Assembly: GCA_051313645.2 (NCBI GenBank)
Contig: JBNRSN020000015.1
Location: 3,906,001 to 3,970,000 of the forward strand
DNA from: Centroscyllium fabricii
Lineage: Eukaryota
DNA length: 64,000 nucleotides
Direction of reading: 5' to 3'
Below the pieces are notes generated by a model. It did not search any database. It worked only from the letters and a program-made list of their open reading frames with translations, and was not told the origin of the DNA. Both the position numbers and the translations under genes were made by a program. Shown here one piece after another: positions 52,901-63,174 of this stretch (within the stretch, counting starts at the first letter, position 1; each line of letters begins with the position of its first letter).

Positions 52901-55900
52901 TGACAATATTGGCAGCTAAAGTTTTCATCCTCTCATATAATATTCTTAAATTTGCTATTTTAATGCTGCTGTTTATTTGTTTGATTGGGTTTGTGCTTGC
53001 TTTAGAAATGCAGGCAGAACAATGTCTGAAGAGGTCAATATGTATTCACCCGCTTGCATTGTCAGCAATGATATGGGACCATGAAGTGTTCAATTTGAGT
53101 TGGGTGCCTCAGATGTCCTCACCAGACAAGTTTCTAATCTGACCTGTGATGAAAAGGGCCCTCTTCAAATTGGAAGCAATACTGTGAATTGCCATTAAAA
53201 TCAGCAGATCAACACTTGTATGCATCTCAAACATGGCTTGAAAATGTGAGATGTCAACATTACACAGATGGTGACTGACAGACTGGGTAAAAGGGTGATG
53301 TACGGAGTGTCCATGAAAACAAAACATAAAAATGAGCAAAACACAGAAAATCAGGGGGAGACTGAAACTGCTGTCATCCTTCTAGAGCCAGGAACATTAT
53401 TCTGCCCGGAGGAACACATGGAGATGTTGGACGTCGCAACAAACCACAGATGCTTGTGTGAGTGAATGAAGCAGATGAAAGGGCTGGAAATGCTCAGTGG
53501 TTGTAAAGTCATCTAATTCAGAGAATCTATTTTGAATAGGAGCTAATTTTATTGCTGGAATAGCCCAGTACAGGCACATTATATCTTGGAGTCTGCTCGA
53601 TGTCTCTCCATTAACAGTAGATGAACTGCCTGATGTTCAATGAGACACAGCGCAAATGCAGAGGTCTAAACTTAGTGTAAACCATCAGCATATTGTGCTA
53701 TTGGCATGAGAAAGTAAAAGCGGGAGGATTTCTTCACAGATTGGAAGAGCAGGAAGTGTACAATTTAAAACAGGCCAGTTTCCGCTGCTCCCAAACATAT
53801 AGCAGACAGCACTCTGGAAAATGTGTGGATCATTAGTTTCAATACAATTCATACTCTGAAATTATACTGAATGTTTTAGAAATATATCCACTTAATATAA
53901 ACTATGTCATGGAACGGGCTGGAGCTTCACTTCAATGAACTGATTCAATTATTGCAGCCAATTGTGATTCATATTAGATATTGCTCCCAAGTTTCTTGAG
54001 TGACTTTGATTGCATCAGATTGTTAATAACTGATTCACTTACCAGGTGACATTATTTGTCCATTGGCATTGCAGGAGCAGGTTGTTGTTGCTGTGGAGGT
54101 GGGAGTCATTGTTACTGTTGTAGATTCGGATGTGCTGGGCGTAGTGGTGGGAGCTGTGGTGGTTTTACATCTTCCCGTATACTTCAAAATTTCACAACTC
54201 TCAGTACATAATGTGAAATTACACAAGCCTGATTTCCCTACAGAACTCACGATAGCCTGCCCTGTAAGCAAACACAATGGAAATGAGGATTTAGGCATCT
54301 AATAGCAATTGTTCATTCAGAAATTATAGATGTGGACAACTGTATCTCATATATTGACATTTAAGCAATAAGAACATGGCTCTATGGTTACATTTAAGAA
54401 TGTTGCACCTCCAGCAAATGGTGAGGGCATGGAAATTACTACTGACGATATTGGCAGCTAAACGTTTCATCCTCTCATATCACATTCTTAAATCTGTTAT
54501 TTTAATGCTGCTGTTAATTTGTTTGATTGGGTTTGTGCTTGTTTTACAAATGCAGACAGAACAACGTCTGAAGAGGTCAATAAGTATTCACCCGCTTGTA
54601 TTGTCAGCAATGATATGAAACCATGAAGTGTTCATTTTGAGTTGGGTGCCTCAGATGTCTTCAACAGGCAAGTTTCTAATCTGACCTGTGATGAAACGGG
54701 CCCTCTTGAAATTCAACACAATACTGTGGATTGCCATTAAAATCAGCAGATCAACACTTTTATGCATCTCAAACACGGCTTGAAAATGTGAGATGTCAAC
54801 ACTACACAGAAAGCGACTGACAGACTGGGTAAAAGGGTGAGGTCCATGAAAACAAAACATAAAAATGAACAAAACACAGAAAATCAGGGGGAGACTGAAA
54901 CTGCTGTCATCCTTCCAGAGCCAGGAACATTATTCTGACAAAGGAACACATGGAGATGTTGGACGTCGCAACAAAACACAGATACGTGCGTGAGTGAAGA
55001 AGCAATTGAAAGGGCTGGAAATGCTCAGTGGTTGTAAAGTCATCTAATTCAGAGAATCTATTTTGAACAGGTGCTGATTTTTTTGCCGCAATTGCCAAGT
55101 ACAGGCACATTATATCTTGGAGTCTGCTCGATGTCTCTCCATTAACAGTAGATTATCTGCCTGATGTTCAACGAGACACAGGGCAAAAAGCAGAGGTCTA
55201 AACTTCGTGCAAACCATCAGCCTATTGTGCTATTGGCACGAGAAAGTAAAAGCTGGAGGATTTCTTCAAAGATGGGGAGAGCAGGAAGTGTACAATTTAA
55301 AACAGGCTGGTTTCCGCTTCTCCCAAACATATAGCAGAGAGCACTCTGGAAAATGTGGGGATCATTAGTTTCAATACAATTCATACTCTGAAAATATACT
55401 GAATGTTTTAGAAAGATATCCACTTAATATAAACTATGTCATGGAACGGGCTGGAGTTTCACTTCAATGAACTGATTCAATTATTGCAGCCAATTGTGAT
55501 TCATATTAGATATTGATCCCAAGTTTCTTGAGTGACTTTGATTGCATCAGATTGTTAATAACTGATTCACTTACCAGGTGACATTATTTGTCCATTGGCA
55601 TTGCAGGAGCAGGTTGTTGTTGGTGTGGAGGTGGGAGTCACTGTTACTGTTGTAGATTCGGGTGTGCTGGGCGTAGTGGTGGGAGCTGTGGTGGTTTTAC
55701 ATCTTCCCGTATACTTCAAAATTTCACAACTCTCAGTACATAATGTGAAATTACACAAGCCTGATTTCCCTACAGAACTCACGATAGCCTGCCCTGTAAG
55801 CAAACGCGATGGAAATGAGGATTTAGGCATCAATAGCAATTGTTCATTCAGAAATTATAGATGTGGAAAACTCATTCTCATATATTGATATTTAAGCAAT

Positions 55901-58900
55901 AAGAACATGGCTCTATGGTTAATATTAAAACATGTTGCACATCAAGGAAATGGCGTTGGGCATGGAAATTATTACTGATAATATTGGCAGCAAAAGTTTC
56001 ATCCTCTCATATAACATTCTTAAATCTGTTATTTTAATGCTGCTGTTAATTTGTTTGATTGGGTTTGTGCTTGTTTTCGAAATGCAGACAGAACAATGTC
56101 TGAAGAAGTCAATAACTATTCACCCGCTTGTATTGTCAGCAATGATATGGGACCATGAAGTGTTGAATTTGAGTTGGGTGCCTCAGATGTCTTCACCAGG
56201 CAAGTTTCTAATCTGACCTGTGATGAAACGGGCCCTCTTCAAATTACACACAATACTGTGGATTGCCATTAAAATCAGCAGATCAACACTTTTATGCATC
56301 TCAAACACGGCTTGAAAATGTGAGATGTCAAAACTACACAGAAGGTGACTGACAGACTGGGTAAAAGGGTGAGGTCCATGAAAACAAAACATAAAAATGA
56401 GCAAAAACGGAGAAGGAAGAGGGGGGACTTGATAGAGATGTTCAAAATGATGAAGGGGATCGATAGAGTAAACGTGCAAAGACTGTTTCCCCGGGCGGGA
56501 AGAACGTCAACAAGAGGACACGAGCACAAGATTCAAGGAGGAAGATTCAGAAGGGATGGCAGGGGCAGGTTCTTTACACAGAGAGTGGTCGGGGAATGGA
56601 ATAGGCTACCATCTGAAATAGTGGATGCGGACAGTCTGGGTGCTTTTAAAAGGATGATAGACAGGTACATGGAGGGGAAGGAACAGTAGGGGGGAAAGGA
56701 AAAATCAGAGATGGACTAAGGGCGGCACTACATTGAGGGCCCAAGGGCCTGTACAGTGCTGTATGTTCTATGTTCTATGTTCTATGTAAAACACAGAAAA
56801 TCAGGGGGAGACTGAAACTGCTGTCATCCTTCTAGAGCCAGGAACATTATCTGCCCAGAGGAACACATGGAGATGTTGGACGTCGCAACAAACCACAGAT
56901 GCTTGTGTGAGTGAATGAAGCAGATGAAAGGGCTGGAAATGCTCAGTGGTTGTAAAGTCATCAAATTCAGAGAATCTATTTTGAATAGGAGCTAATTTTT
57001 TTGCTGGAATAGTCAAGTACAGGCACATTATATCTTGGAGTCTGTTCGATGTCTCTCCATTAACAGTAGATGATCTGCCTGATGTTCAATGAGACACAGG
57101 GCAAATGCAGAGGTCTAAACTTAGTGTAAACCATCAGCATTTTGTGCTATTGGCACGAGAAAGTAAAAGCGGGAGGATTTCTTCACAGATGGGGAGAGCA
57201 GGAAGTGTACAATTTAAAACAGGCCGGTTTCCGCTGCTCCCAAACATATAGCAGACAGCACTTTGGAAAATGTGGGGATCATTAGTTTCAATTCAATTCA
57301 TACTCTGAAATTAAACTGAATGTTTTAGAAAGGCATCCACTTAATATAAACTATGTCATGGAACGGGCTGGAGCTTCACTTCAATGAACGAATTCAATTA
57401 TTGCAGACAATTGTGATTCATATTAGATATTGCACCCAAGTTTCTTGAGTGACTTTGATTGCATCAGATTGTTAATAACTGATTCACTTACCAGGTGACA
57501 TTATTTGTCCATTGGCATTGCAGGAGCAGGTTGTTGTTGCTGTGGAGGTGGGAGTCACTGTTACTGTTGTAGATTCAGATGTGCTGGGTGTAGTGGTGGG
57601 AGCTGTAGTGGTTTTACATCTTCCCGTATACTTCAAAATTTCACAACTCTCAGTACATAATGTGAAATTACACAAGCCTGATTTCCCTACAGAACTCACG
57701 ATAGCCTGCCCTGTAAGCAAATGCAATGGAAATTAGGATTTAGGCATCTAATAGCAATTGTTCATTCAGAAATTATAGATGTGGAAAACTCATTCTCATA
57801 TTTTGATATTTAAGCAATAACAACATGGCTCTATGGTTAATATTTAAAAATGTTGCACCTCAAGGAAATGTCGTTGGGCATGGAAATTATTACTGACAAT
57901 ATTGGCAGCTAAAGTTTTCATCCTCTCATATAACATTCTTAAATTTGCTATTTTAATGCTGCTGTTTATTTGTTTGATTGGGTTTGTGCGTGCTTTAGAA
58001 ATGCAGGCAGAACAATGTCTGAAGAGGTCAATATGTATTCACCCGCTTGTATTGTCAGCAATGATATGGGACCATGAAGTGTTCAATTTGAGTTGGGTGC
58101 CTCAGATGTCCTCACCAGGCAAGTTTCTAATCTGACCTGTGATGAAAAGGGCCCTCTTCAAATTGGAAGCAATACTGTGAATTGCCATTAAAATCAGCAG
58201 ATCAACACTTGTATGCATCTCAAACATGGCTTGAAAATGTGAGATGTCAACATTACACAGATGGTGACTGACAGACTGGGTAAAAGGGTGATGTACGGAG
58301 TGTCCATGAAAACAAAACATAAAAATGAGCAAAACACAGAAAATCAGGGGGAGATTGAAACTGCTGTCATCCTTCTAGAGCCAGGAACATTATTCTGCCC
58401 GGAGGAACACATGGAGATGTTGGACGTCGCAACAAACCACAGATGCTTGTGTGAGTGAATGAAGCAGATGAAAGGGCTGGAAATGCTCAGTGGGTGTAAA
58501 GTCATCTAATTCAGAGAATCTATTTTGAATAGGAGCTAATTTTTTTGCTGGAATAGCCAAGTACAGGCACATTATATCTTGGAGTCTGCTCGATGTCTCT
58601 CCATTAACAGTAGATGATCTGCCTGATGTTCAATGAGACACAGCGCAAATGCAGAGGTCTAAACTTAGTGTAAACCATCAGCATATTGTGCTATTGGCAC
58701 GAGAAAGTAAAAGCGGGAGGATTTCTTCACAGATTGGAAGAGCAGGAAGTGTACAATTTAAAACAGGCCGGTTTCCGCTGCTCCCAAACATATAGCAGAC
58801 CGCACTCTGGAAAATGTGGGGATCATTAGTTTCAATACAATTCATACTCTGAAATTATACTGAATGTTTTAGAAAGATATCCACTTAATATAAACTATGT

Positions 58901-61900
58901 CATGGAACGGGCTGGAGCTTCACTTCAATGAACTGATTCAATTATTGCAGACAAATGTGATTCATATTAGATATTGCTCCCAAGTTTCTTGAGTGACTTT
59001 GATTGCATCAGATTGTTAATAACTGATTCACTTACCAGGTGACATTATTTGTCCATTGGCATTGCAGGAGCAGGTTGTTGTTGCTGTGGAGGTGGGAGTC
59101 ATTGTTACTGTTGTAGATTCGGATGTGCTGGGCGTAGTGGTGGGAGCTGTGGTGGTTTTACATCTTCCCGTATACTTCAAAATTTCACAACTCTCAGTAC
59201 ATAATGTGAAATTACACAAGCCTGATTTCCCTACAGAACTCACGATAGCCTGCCCTGTAAGCAAACGCAATGGAAATGAGGATTTAGGCATCTAATAGCA
59301 ATTGTTCATTCAGAAATTATAGATGTGGACAACTGTATCTCATATATTGTCATTTAAGCAATAAGAACATGGCTCTATGGTTAAATTTAAGAATGTTGCA
59401 CCTCCAGCAAATGGTGAGGGCATGGAAATTACTACTGACGATATTGGCAGCTAAACGTTTCATCCTCTCATATCACATTCTTAAATCTGTTCTTTTAATG
59501 CTGCTGTTAATTTGTTTGATTGGGTTTGTGCTTGTTTTACAAATGCAGACAGAACACCGTCTGAAGAGGTCATAAGTATTCACCCGCTTGTATTGTCAGC
59601 AATGATATGAAACCATGAAGTGTTGAATTTGATTTGTATGCCTCAGATGTCTTCAACAAGGCAAGTTTCTAATCTGACCTGTGATGAAACGGGCCCTCTT
59701 CAAATTACACACAATACTGTGGATTGCCATTAAAATCAGTAGATCAACACTTTTATGCATCTCAAACACGGCTTGAAAATGTGAGATGTCAAAACTACAC
59801 AGAAGGTGACTGACAGACTGGGTAAAAGGGTGAGGTCCATGAAAACAAAACATAAAAATGAGCAAAACACAGAAAATCAGGGGGAGACTGAAACTGCTGT
59901 CATCCTTCCAGAGCCAGTAACATTATTCTGACAAAGGAACACATGGAGATGTTGGATGTCGCAACAAAACACAGATACGTGTGTGAGTGAAGAAGCAATT
60001 GAAAGGGCTGGAAATGCTCAGTGGTTGTAAAGTCATCTAATTCAGAGAATCTATTTTGAACAGGTACTGATTTTTTTGCCGGAATTGCCAAGTACAGGCA
60101 CATTATATCTTGGAGTCTGCTCGATGTCTCTCCATTAACAGTAGATTATCTGCCTGATGTTCAATGAGACACAGGGCAAAAAGCAGAGGTCTAAACTTCG
60201 TGCAAAGCATCAGCATATTGTGCTATTGGCACGAGAAAGTAAAAGCTGGAGGATTTCTTCAAAGATGGGGAGAGCAGGAAGTGTACAATTTAAAACAGGC
60301 CGGTTTCCGCTTCTCCCAAACATATAGCAGAGAGCACTCTGGAAAATGTGGGGATCATTAGTTTCAATACAATTCATACTCTGAAAATATACTGAATGTT
60401 TTAGAAAGATATCCACTTAATATAAACTATGTCATGGAACGGGCTGGAGCTTCACTTCAATGAACTGATTCAGTTATTGCAGCCAATTGTGATTCATATT
60501 AGATATTGCTCCCAAGTTTCTTGAGTGACTTTGATTGCATCAGATTGTTAATAACTGATTCACTTACCAGGTGACATTATTTGTCCATTGGCATTGCAGG
60601 AGCAGGTTGTTGTTGCTGTGGAGGTGGGAGTCAATGTTACTGTTGTAGATTCGGATGTGCTGGGCGTAGTGGTGGGAGCTGTGGTGGTTTTACATCTTCC
60701 CGTATACTTCAAAATTTCACAACTCTCAGTACATAATGTGAAATTACACAAGCCTGATTTCCCTACAGAACTCACGATAGCCTGCCCTGTAAGCAAACGC
60801 AATGGAAATGAGGATTTAGACATCAATAGCAATTGTTCATTCAGAAATTATAGATGTGAAAAACTCATTCTCATATATTGATATTTAAGCAATAAGAACA
60901 TGGCTCTATGGTTAATATTTAAAAATGTTGCACATCAAGGAAATGGCGTTGGGCATGGAAATTATTACTGACAATATTGGCAGCTAAAGGTTTCATCCTC
61001 TCATATCACATTCTTAAATCTGTTATTTTAATGCTGCTGTTAATTTGTTTGATTGGGTTTGTGCTTGCTTTAGAAATGCAGACAGAACAATGTCTGAAGA
61101 AGTCAATAACTATTCACCCGCTTGTATTGTCAGCAATGATATGGGACCATGAAGTGTTCATTTTGAGTTGGGTGCCTCAGATGTCCTCACCAGGCAAGTT
61201 TCTAATCTGACCTGTGATGCTAGGGCTCTCTTCCAATTGCAGAGCATTCTGTGAATTGCCATTAAAATCAGCATATCAACGCTTGTATGCATCTCAAACA
61301 CAGCTTGAAAATGTGAGATGTCAACACTACAAAGCAGGTGACTGACAGACTGGGTAAAAGTGTGAGGTACGGAGTGTCCATGAAAACAAACATAAAAATG
61401 AACAAAACACAGAAAATCAGGGGGAGACTGAAACTGCTGTCATCATTCCAGAGCCAGTAACATTATTCTGACAAAGGAACACATAAGAACATAAGAAACA
61501 GGAGCAGGAGTAGGCCAATCGGCCCCTCGAGCCTGCTCCGCCATTCAACAAGATCATGGCTGATCTGATCCTAACCTCAATTTTATTTTTTCTCTCCACC
61601 CCGCCCAGACCCATGTGATCACCTGGGAGAGGCGAAAAACCAGATTAAAAAAAACAGTAGCCAATTTGGGAGAAAAAAATCAGGAAAATTCCTCTCCGAC
61701 CCATCTAGGCGATCGAAAACTGGTCCAGGAGATCACATGGCCGATCTGAACCTAGCCTCACGTCCACTTACCTGCCCGCTCACCATAACCCCTAATTCCC
61801 TTTAATTCCAGGAAACTGTCTATCTCAGTTTTAAATTTATTCAACGTAGTAGCTTCTACAGCTCTCTGAGGCAGCAAATTCCACAGCCCCACCACCCTCT

Positions 61901-63174
61901 GAGTAAAGAAGTTCCCTCTCATCTCAGTTTTGAAATGGCAGCCCCTTATTTTAAGATTATGCCCCCTAGTCCTAGTTTCACCCACCATTGGGAACATCCT
62001 CACCGCATCCACCCGATCAAGCCCTCTCACAATCTTATATGTTTCAATAAGATCGCCTCTCATTCTTCTGAACTCCAATGAGTAGAGGCCCAATCTACTC
62101 AGCCTCTCGTCATATGTTAGCCCCCTCATCCCCGGAATTAACCTAGTGAACCTTCTCTGCACTGCATCGAGAGCAAGTATGTCCTTTCTTAAATAGGGAT
62201 ACCAGAACTGCACGTAGTATTCCAGGTGTGGTCTCACCAATACCCTGTACAACTGCAGCAAGACCTCCCTGCTTTTATACTCAATCCCCTTAGCAATAAA
62301 AGCCAACATTCCGTTGGCCTCCCTTACCACCTGCAGATGTTGGATGTCGCAACAAAACACAGGTACCTTTGTGAGTGAATGAAGCAGTTGAAAGGGCTGG
62401 AAATGCTCAGTTGTTGTAAAGTCATCTAATTCAGAGAATATATTTTGAACAGGTGCTGATTTTTTTGCTGGAATTGCCAAGTACAGGCACATTATATCTT
62501 GGAGTCTGCTCGATGTCTCTCCATTAACAGTAGATGATCTGCCTGATGTTCAATGAGACACAGCGCAAATGTAGAGGTCTAAACTTAGTGTAAACCATCA
62601 GCATATTGTGCTATTGGCACGAGAAAGTAAAAGCGGGAGGATTTCTTCACAGATTGGAAGAGCAGGAAGTGTACAATTTAAAACAGGCTGGTTTCCGCTT
62701 CTCCCAAACATATAGCAGACAGCACTCTGGAAAATGTGGGGATCATTAGTTTCAATACAATTCATACTCTGAAATTATACTGAATGTTTTAGAAAGATAT
62801 CCACTTAATATAAACTATGTCATGGAACGGGCTGGAGCTTCACTTCAATGAACTGATTCAATTATTGCAGACAAATGTGATTCATATTAGATATTGCTCC
62901 CAAGTTTCTTGAGTGACTTTGATTGCATCAGATTGTTAATAACTGATTCACTTACCAGGTGACATTATTTGTCCATTGGCATTGCAGGAGCAGGTTGTTG
63001 TTGCTGTGGAGGTGGGAGTCATTGTTACTGTTGTAGATTCGGATGTGCTGGGCGTAGTGGTGGGAGCTGTGGTGGTTTTACATCTTCCCGTATACTTCAA
63101 AATTTCACAACTCTCAGTACATAATGTGAAATTACACAAGCCTGATTTCCCTACAGAACTCACGATAGCCTGCC
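1740..63174 (-). CDS. Partial multi-exon gel-forming mucin-like gene (MUC2/MUC5-like): 37 tandem 219-nt exons encoding 73-aa Cys-module + PTS repeats; gene extends beyond both window edges
   Basis: Every unit has acceptor ...GTTTGCTTACAG|GGCAGGCT and donor ...TCACCTG|GTAAGT (GTATGT in one). Exons are phase 1-1 with no stops or frameshifts. Spliced repeat GQAIVSSVGKSGLCNFTLCTESCEILKYTGRCKTTTAPTTTPSTSESTTVT(M/V/L)TPTST(A/P)TTTCSCNANGQIMSP. Cys spacing matches the post-PTS Cys domain of MUC5AC/MUC5B/MUC2 as recalled. Confidence 0.85.
3270..3488 (-). CDS. Mucin repeat exon
   Basis: TTACAG| 219 nt |GTAAGT; VTMTP/STPTT variant. Confidence 0.87.
3489..3515 (-). promoter_or_regulatory. 3' splice signal (representative unit): putative branch point CCTCAT, pyrimidine tract and CAG
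   Basis: Minus strand reads CCTCATTTCCATTGCGTTTGCTTACAG, with a yUnAy match 23 nt upstream of the exon; repeated in each unit. Confidence 0.6.
4188..5037 (-). mobile_element. CR1 LINE fragment A, copy 2
   Basis: Same 850-bp element with the same junctions as copy 1. Confidence 0.95.
5659..5877 (-). CDS. Mucin repeat exon
   Basis: Canonical splice sites, 219 nt; VTVTP variant. Confidence 0.87.
7203..7421 (-). CDS. Mucin repeat exon
   Basis: Canonical splice sites, 219 nt; VTMTP variant. Confidence 0.87.
8735..8953 (-). CDS. Mucin repeat exon
   Basis: Canonical splice sites, 219 nt; VTMTP variant. Confidence 0.87.
9653..10502 (-). mobile_element. CR1 LINE fragment A, copy 3
   Basis: Same 850-bp element, same junctions. 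Confidence 0.95.
11124..11342 (-). CDS. Mucin repeat exon
   Basis: Canonical splice sites, 219 nt; VTVTP variant. Confidence 0.87.
12668..12886 (-). CDS. Mucin repeat exon
   Basis: Canonical splice sites, 219 nt; VTVTP variant. Confidence 0.87.
14212..14430 (-). CDS. Mucin repeat exon
   Basis: Canonical splice sites, 219 nt; VTVTP variant. Confidence 0.87.
15756..15974 (-). CDS. Mucin repeat exon
   Basis: Canonical splice sites, 219 nt; VTMTP variant. Confidence 0.87.
16672..17521 (-). mobile_element. CR1 LINE fragment A, copy 4
   Basis: Same 850-bp element, same junctions. Confidence 0.95.
18143..18361 (-). CDS. Mucin repeat exon
   Basis: Canonical splice sites, 219 nt; VTVTP variant. 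Confidence 0.87.
19687..19905 (-). CDS. Mucin repeat exon
   Basis: Canonical splice sites, 219 nt; VTVTP variant. Confidence 0.87.
21231..21449 (-). CDS. Mucin repeat exon (S>N in Cys module: CTENC)
   Basis: Canonical splice sites, 219 nt; only copy with an amino-acid change inside the Cys module. Confidence 0.87.
22763..22981 (-). CDS. Mucin repeat exon
   Basis: Canonical splice sites, 219 nt; VTMTP variant. Confidence 0.87.
23681..24530 (-). mobile_element. CR1 LINE fragment A, copy 5
   Basis: Same 850-bp element, same junctions. Confidence 0.95.
25152..25370 (-). CDS. Mucin repeat exon
   Basis: Canonical splice sites, 219 nt; VTVTP variant. Confidence 0.87.
26696..26914 (-). CDS. Mucin repeat exon
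   Basis: Canonical splice sites, 219 nt; VTMTP variant. Confidence 0.87.
28228..28446 (-). CDS. Mucin repeat exon
   Basis: Canonical splice sites, 219 nt; VTMTP/STPTT variant. Confidence 0.87.
29761..29979 (-). CDS. Mucin repeat exon
   Basis: Canonical splice sites, 219 nt; VTVTP, synonymous ACG>ACA. Confidence 0.87.
31134..31165. other. 32-bp intronic microinversion, copy 1
   Basis: AGTTTATATTAAGTGGATATCTTTCTAAAACA is the exact reverse complement of TGTTTTAGAAAGATATCCACTTAATATAAACT found at this position in other units. Confidence 0.95.
31305..31523 (-). CDS. Mucin repeat exon
   Basis: Canonical splice sites, 219 nt; VTMTP variant. Confidence 0.87.
32837..33055 (-). CDS. Mucin repeat exon
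   Basis: Canonical splice sites, 219 nt; VTVTP variant. Confidence 0.87.
34381..34599 (-). CDS. Mucin repeat exon
   Basis: Canonical splice sites, 219 nt; VTMTP variant. Confidence 0.87.
35913..36131 (-). CDS. Mucin repeat exon
   Basis: Canonical splice sites, 219 nt; STPES/VTVTP/STPTT variant. Confidence 0.87.
36745..37125 (+). mobile_element. 5'-truncated CR1-clade LINE (family B), copy 1
   Basis: RRKRGDLIEMFKMMKGIDRV...TRGHEHK...FFTQRVVGEWNRLP ORF2 end, short 3'UTR and (TATGTTC)3 tail, flanked by an apparent AAAA target duplication. Confidence 0.94.
37830..38048 (-). CDS. Mucin repeat exon
   Basis: Canonical splice sites, 219 nt; VTVTP plus synonymous changes in the PTS part. A stop lies upstream of the acceptor, which supports the exon boundary. 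Confidence 0.87.
39374..39592 (-). CDS. Mucin repeat exon
   Basis: Canonical splice sites, 219 nt; VTMTP variant. Confidence 0.87.
40906..41124 (-). CDS. Mucin repeat exon
   Basis: Canonical splice sites, 219 nt; VTLTP variant. Confidence 0.87.
41823..42672 (-). mobile_element. CR1 LINE fragment A, copy 6
   Basis: Same 850-bp element, same junctions; KTEMR sub-variant. Confidence 0.95.
43294..43512 (-). CDS. Mucin repeat exon
   Basis: Canonical splice sites, 219 nt; VTMTP variant. Confidence 0.87.
44826..45044 (-). CDS. Mucin repeat exon
   Basis: Canonical splice sites, 219 nt; VTVTP variant. Confidence 0.87.
46358..46576 (-). CDS. Mucin repeat exon
   Basis: Canonical splice sites, 219 nt; VTMTP variant. 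Confidence 0.87.
47890..48108 (-). CDS. Mucin repeat exon
   Basis: Canonical splice sites, 219 nt; VTMTP/STPTT variant. Confidence 0.87.
49423..49641 (-). CDS. Mucin repeat exon
   Basis: Canonical splice sites, 219 nt; VTVTP variant. Confidence 0.87.
50796..50827. other. 32-bp intronic microinversion, copy 2
   Basis: Same inversion at +19,662. Confidence 0.95.
50967..51185 (-). CDS. Mucin repeat exon
   Basis: Canonical splice sites, 219 nt; VTMTP variant. Confidence 0.87.
52499..52717 (-). CDS. Mucin repeat exon
   Basis: Canonical splice sites, 219 nt; VTVTP variant. Confidence 0.87.
54043..54261 (-). CDS. Mucin repeat exon
   Basis: Canonical splice sites, 219 nt; VTMTP variant. Confidence 0.87.
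55575..55793 (-). CDS. Mucin repeat exon
   Basis: Canonical splice sites, 219 nt; STPES/VTVTP/STPTT variant. Confidence 0.87.
56407..56787 (+). mobile_element. CR1 LINE fragment B, copy 2
   Basis: Matches copy 1 at an offset of 19,662 bp. Confidence 0.94.
57492..57710 (-). CDS. Mucin repeat exon
   Basis: Canonical splice sites, 219 nt; VTVTP plus synonymous changes. Confidence 0.87.
59036..59254 (-). CDS. Mucin repeat exon
   Basis: Canonical splice sites, 219 nt; VTMTP variant. Confidence 0.87.
60568..60786 (-). CDS. Mucin repeat exon
   Basis: Canonical splice sites, 219 nt; VTLTP variant. Confidence 0.87.
61485..62334 (-). mobile_element. CR1 LINE fragment A, copy 7
   Basis: Same 850-bp element, same junctions; KTEMR sub-variant. 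Confidence 0.95.
62956..63174 (-). CDS. Mucin repeat exon (5'-most in window)
   Basis: Canonical splice sites, 219 nt; VTMTP variant. Confidence 0.87.
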
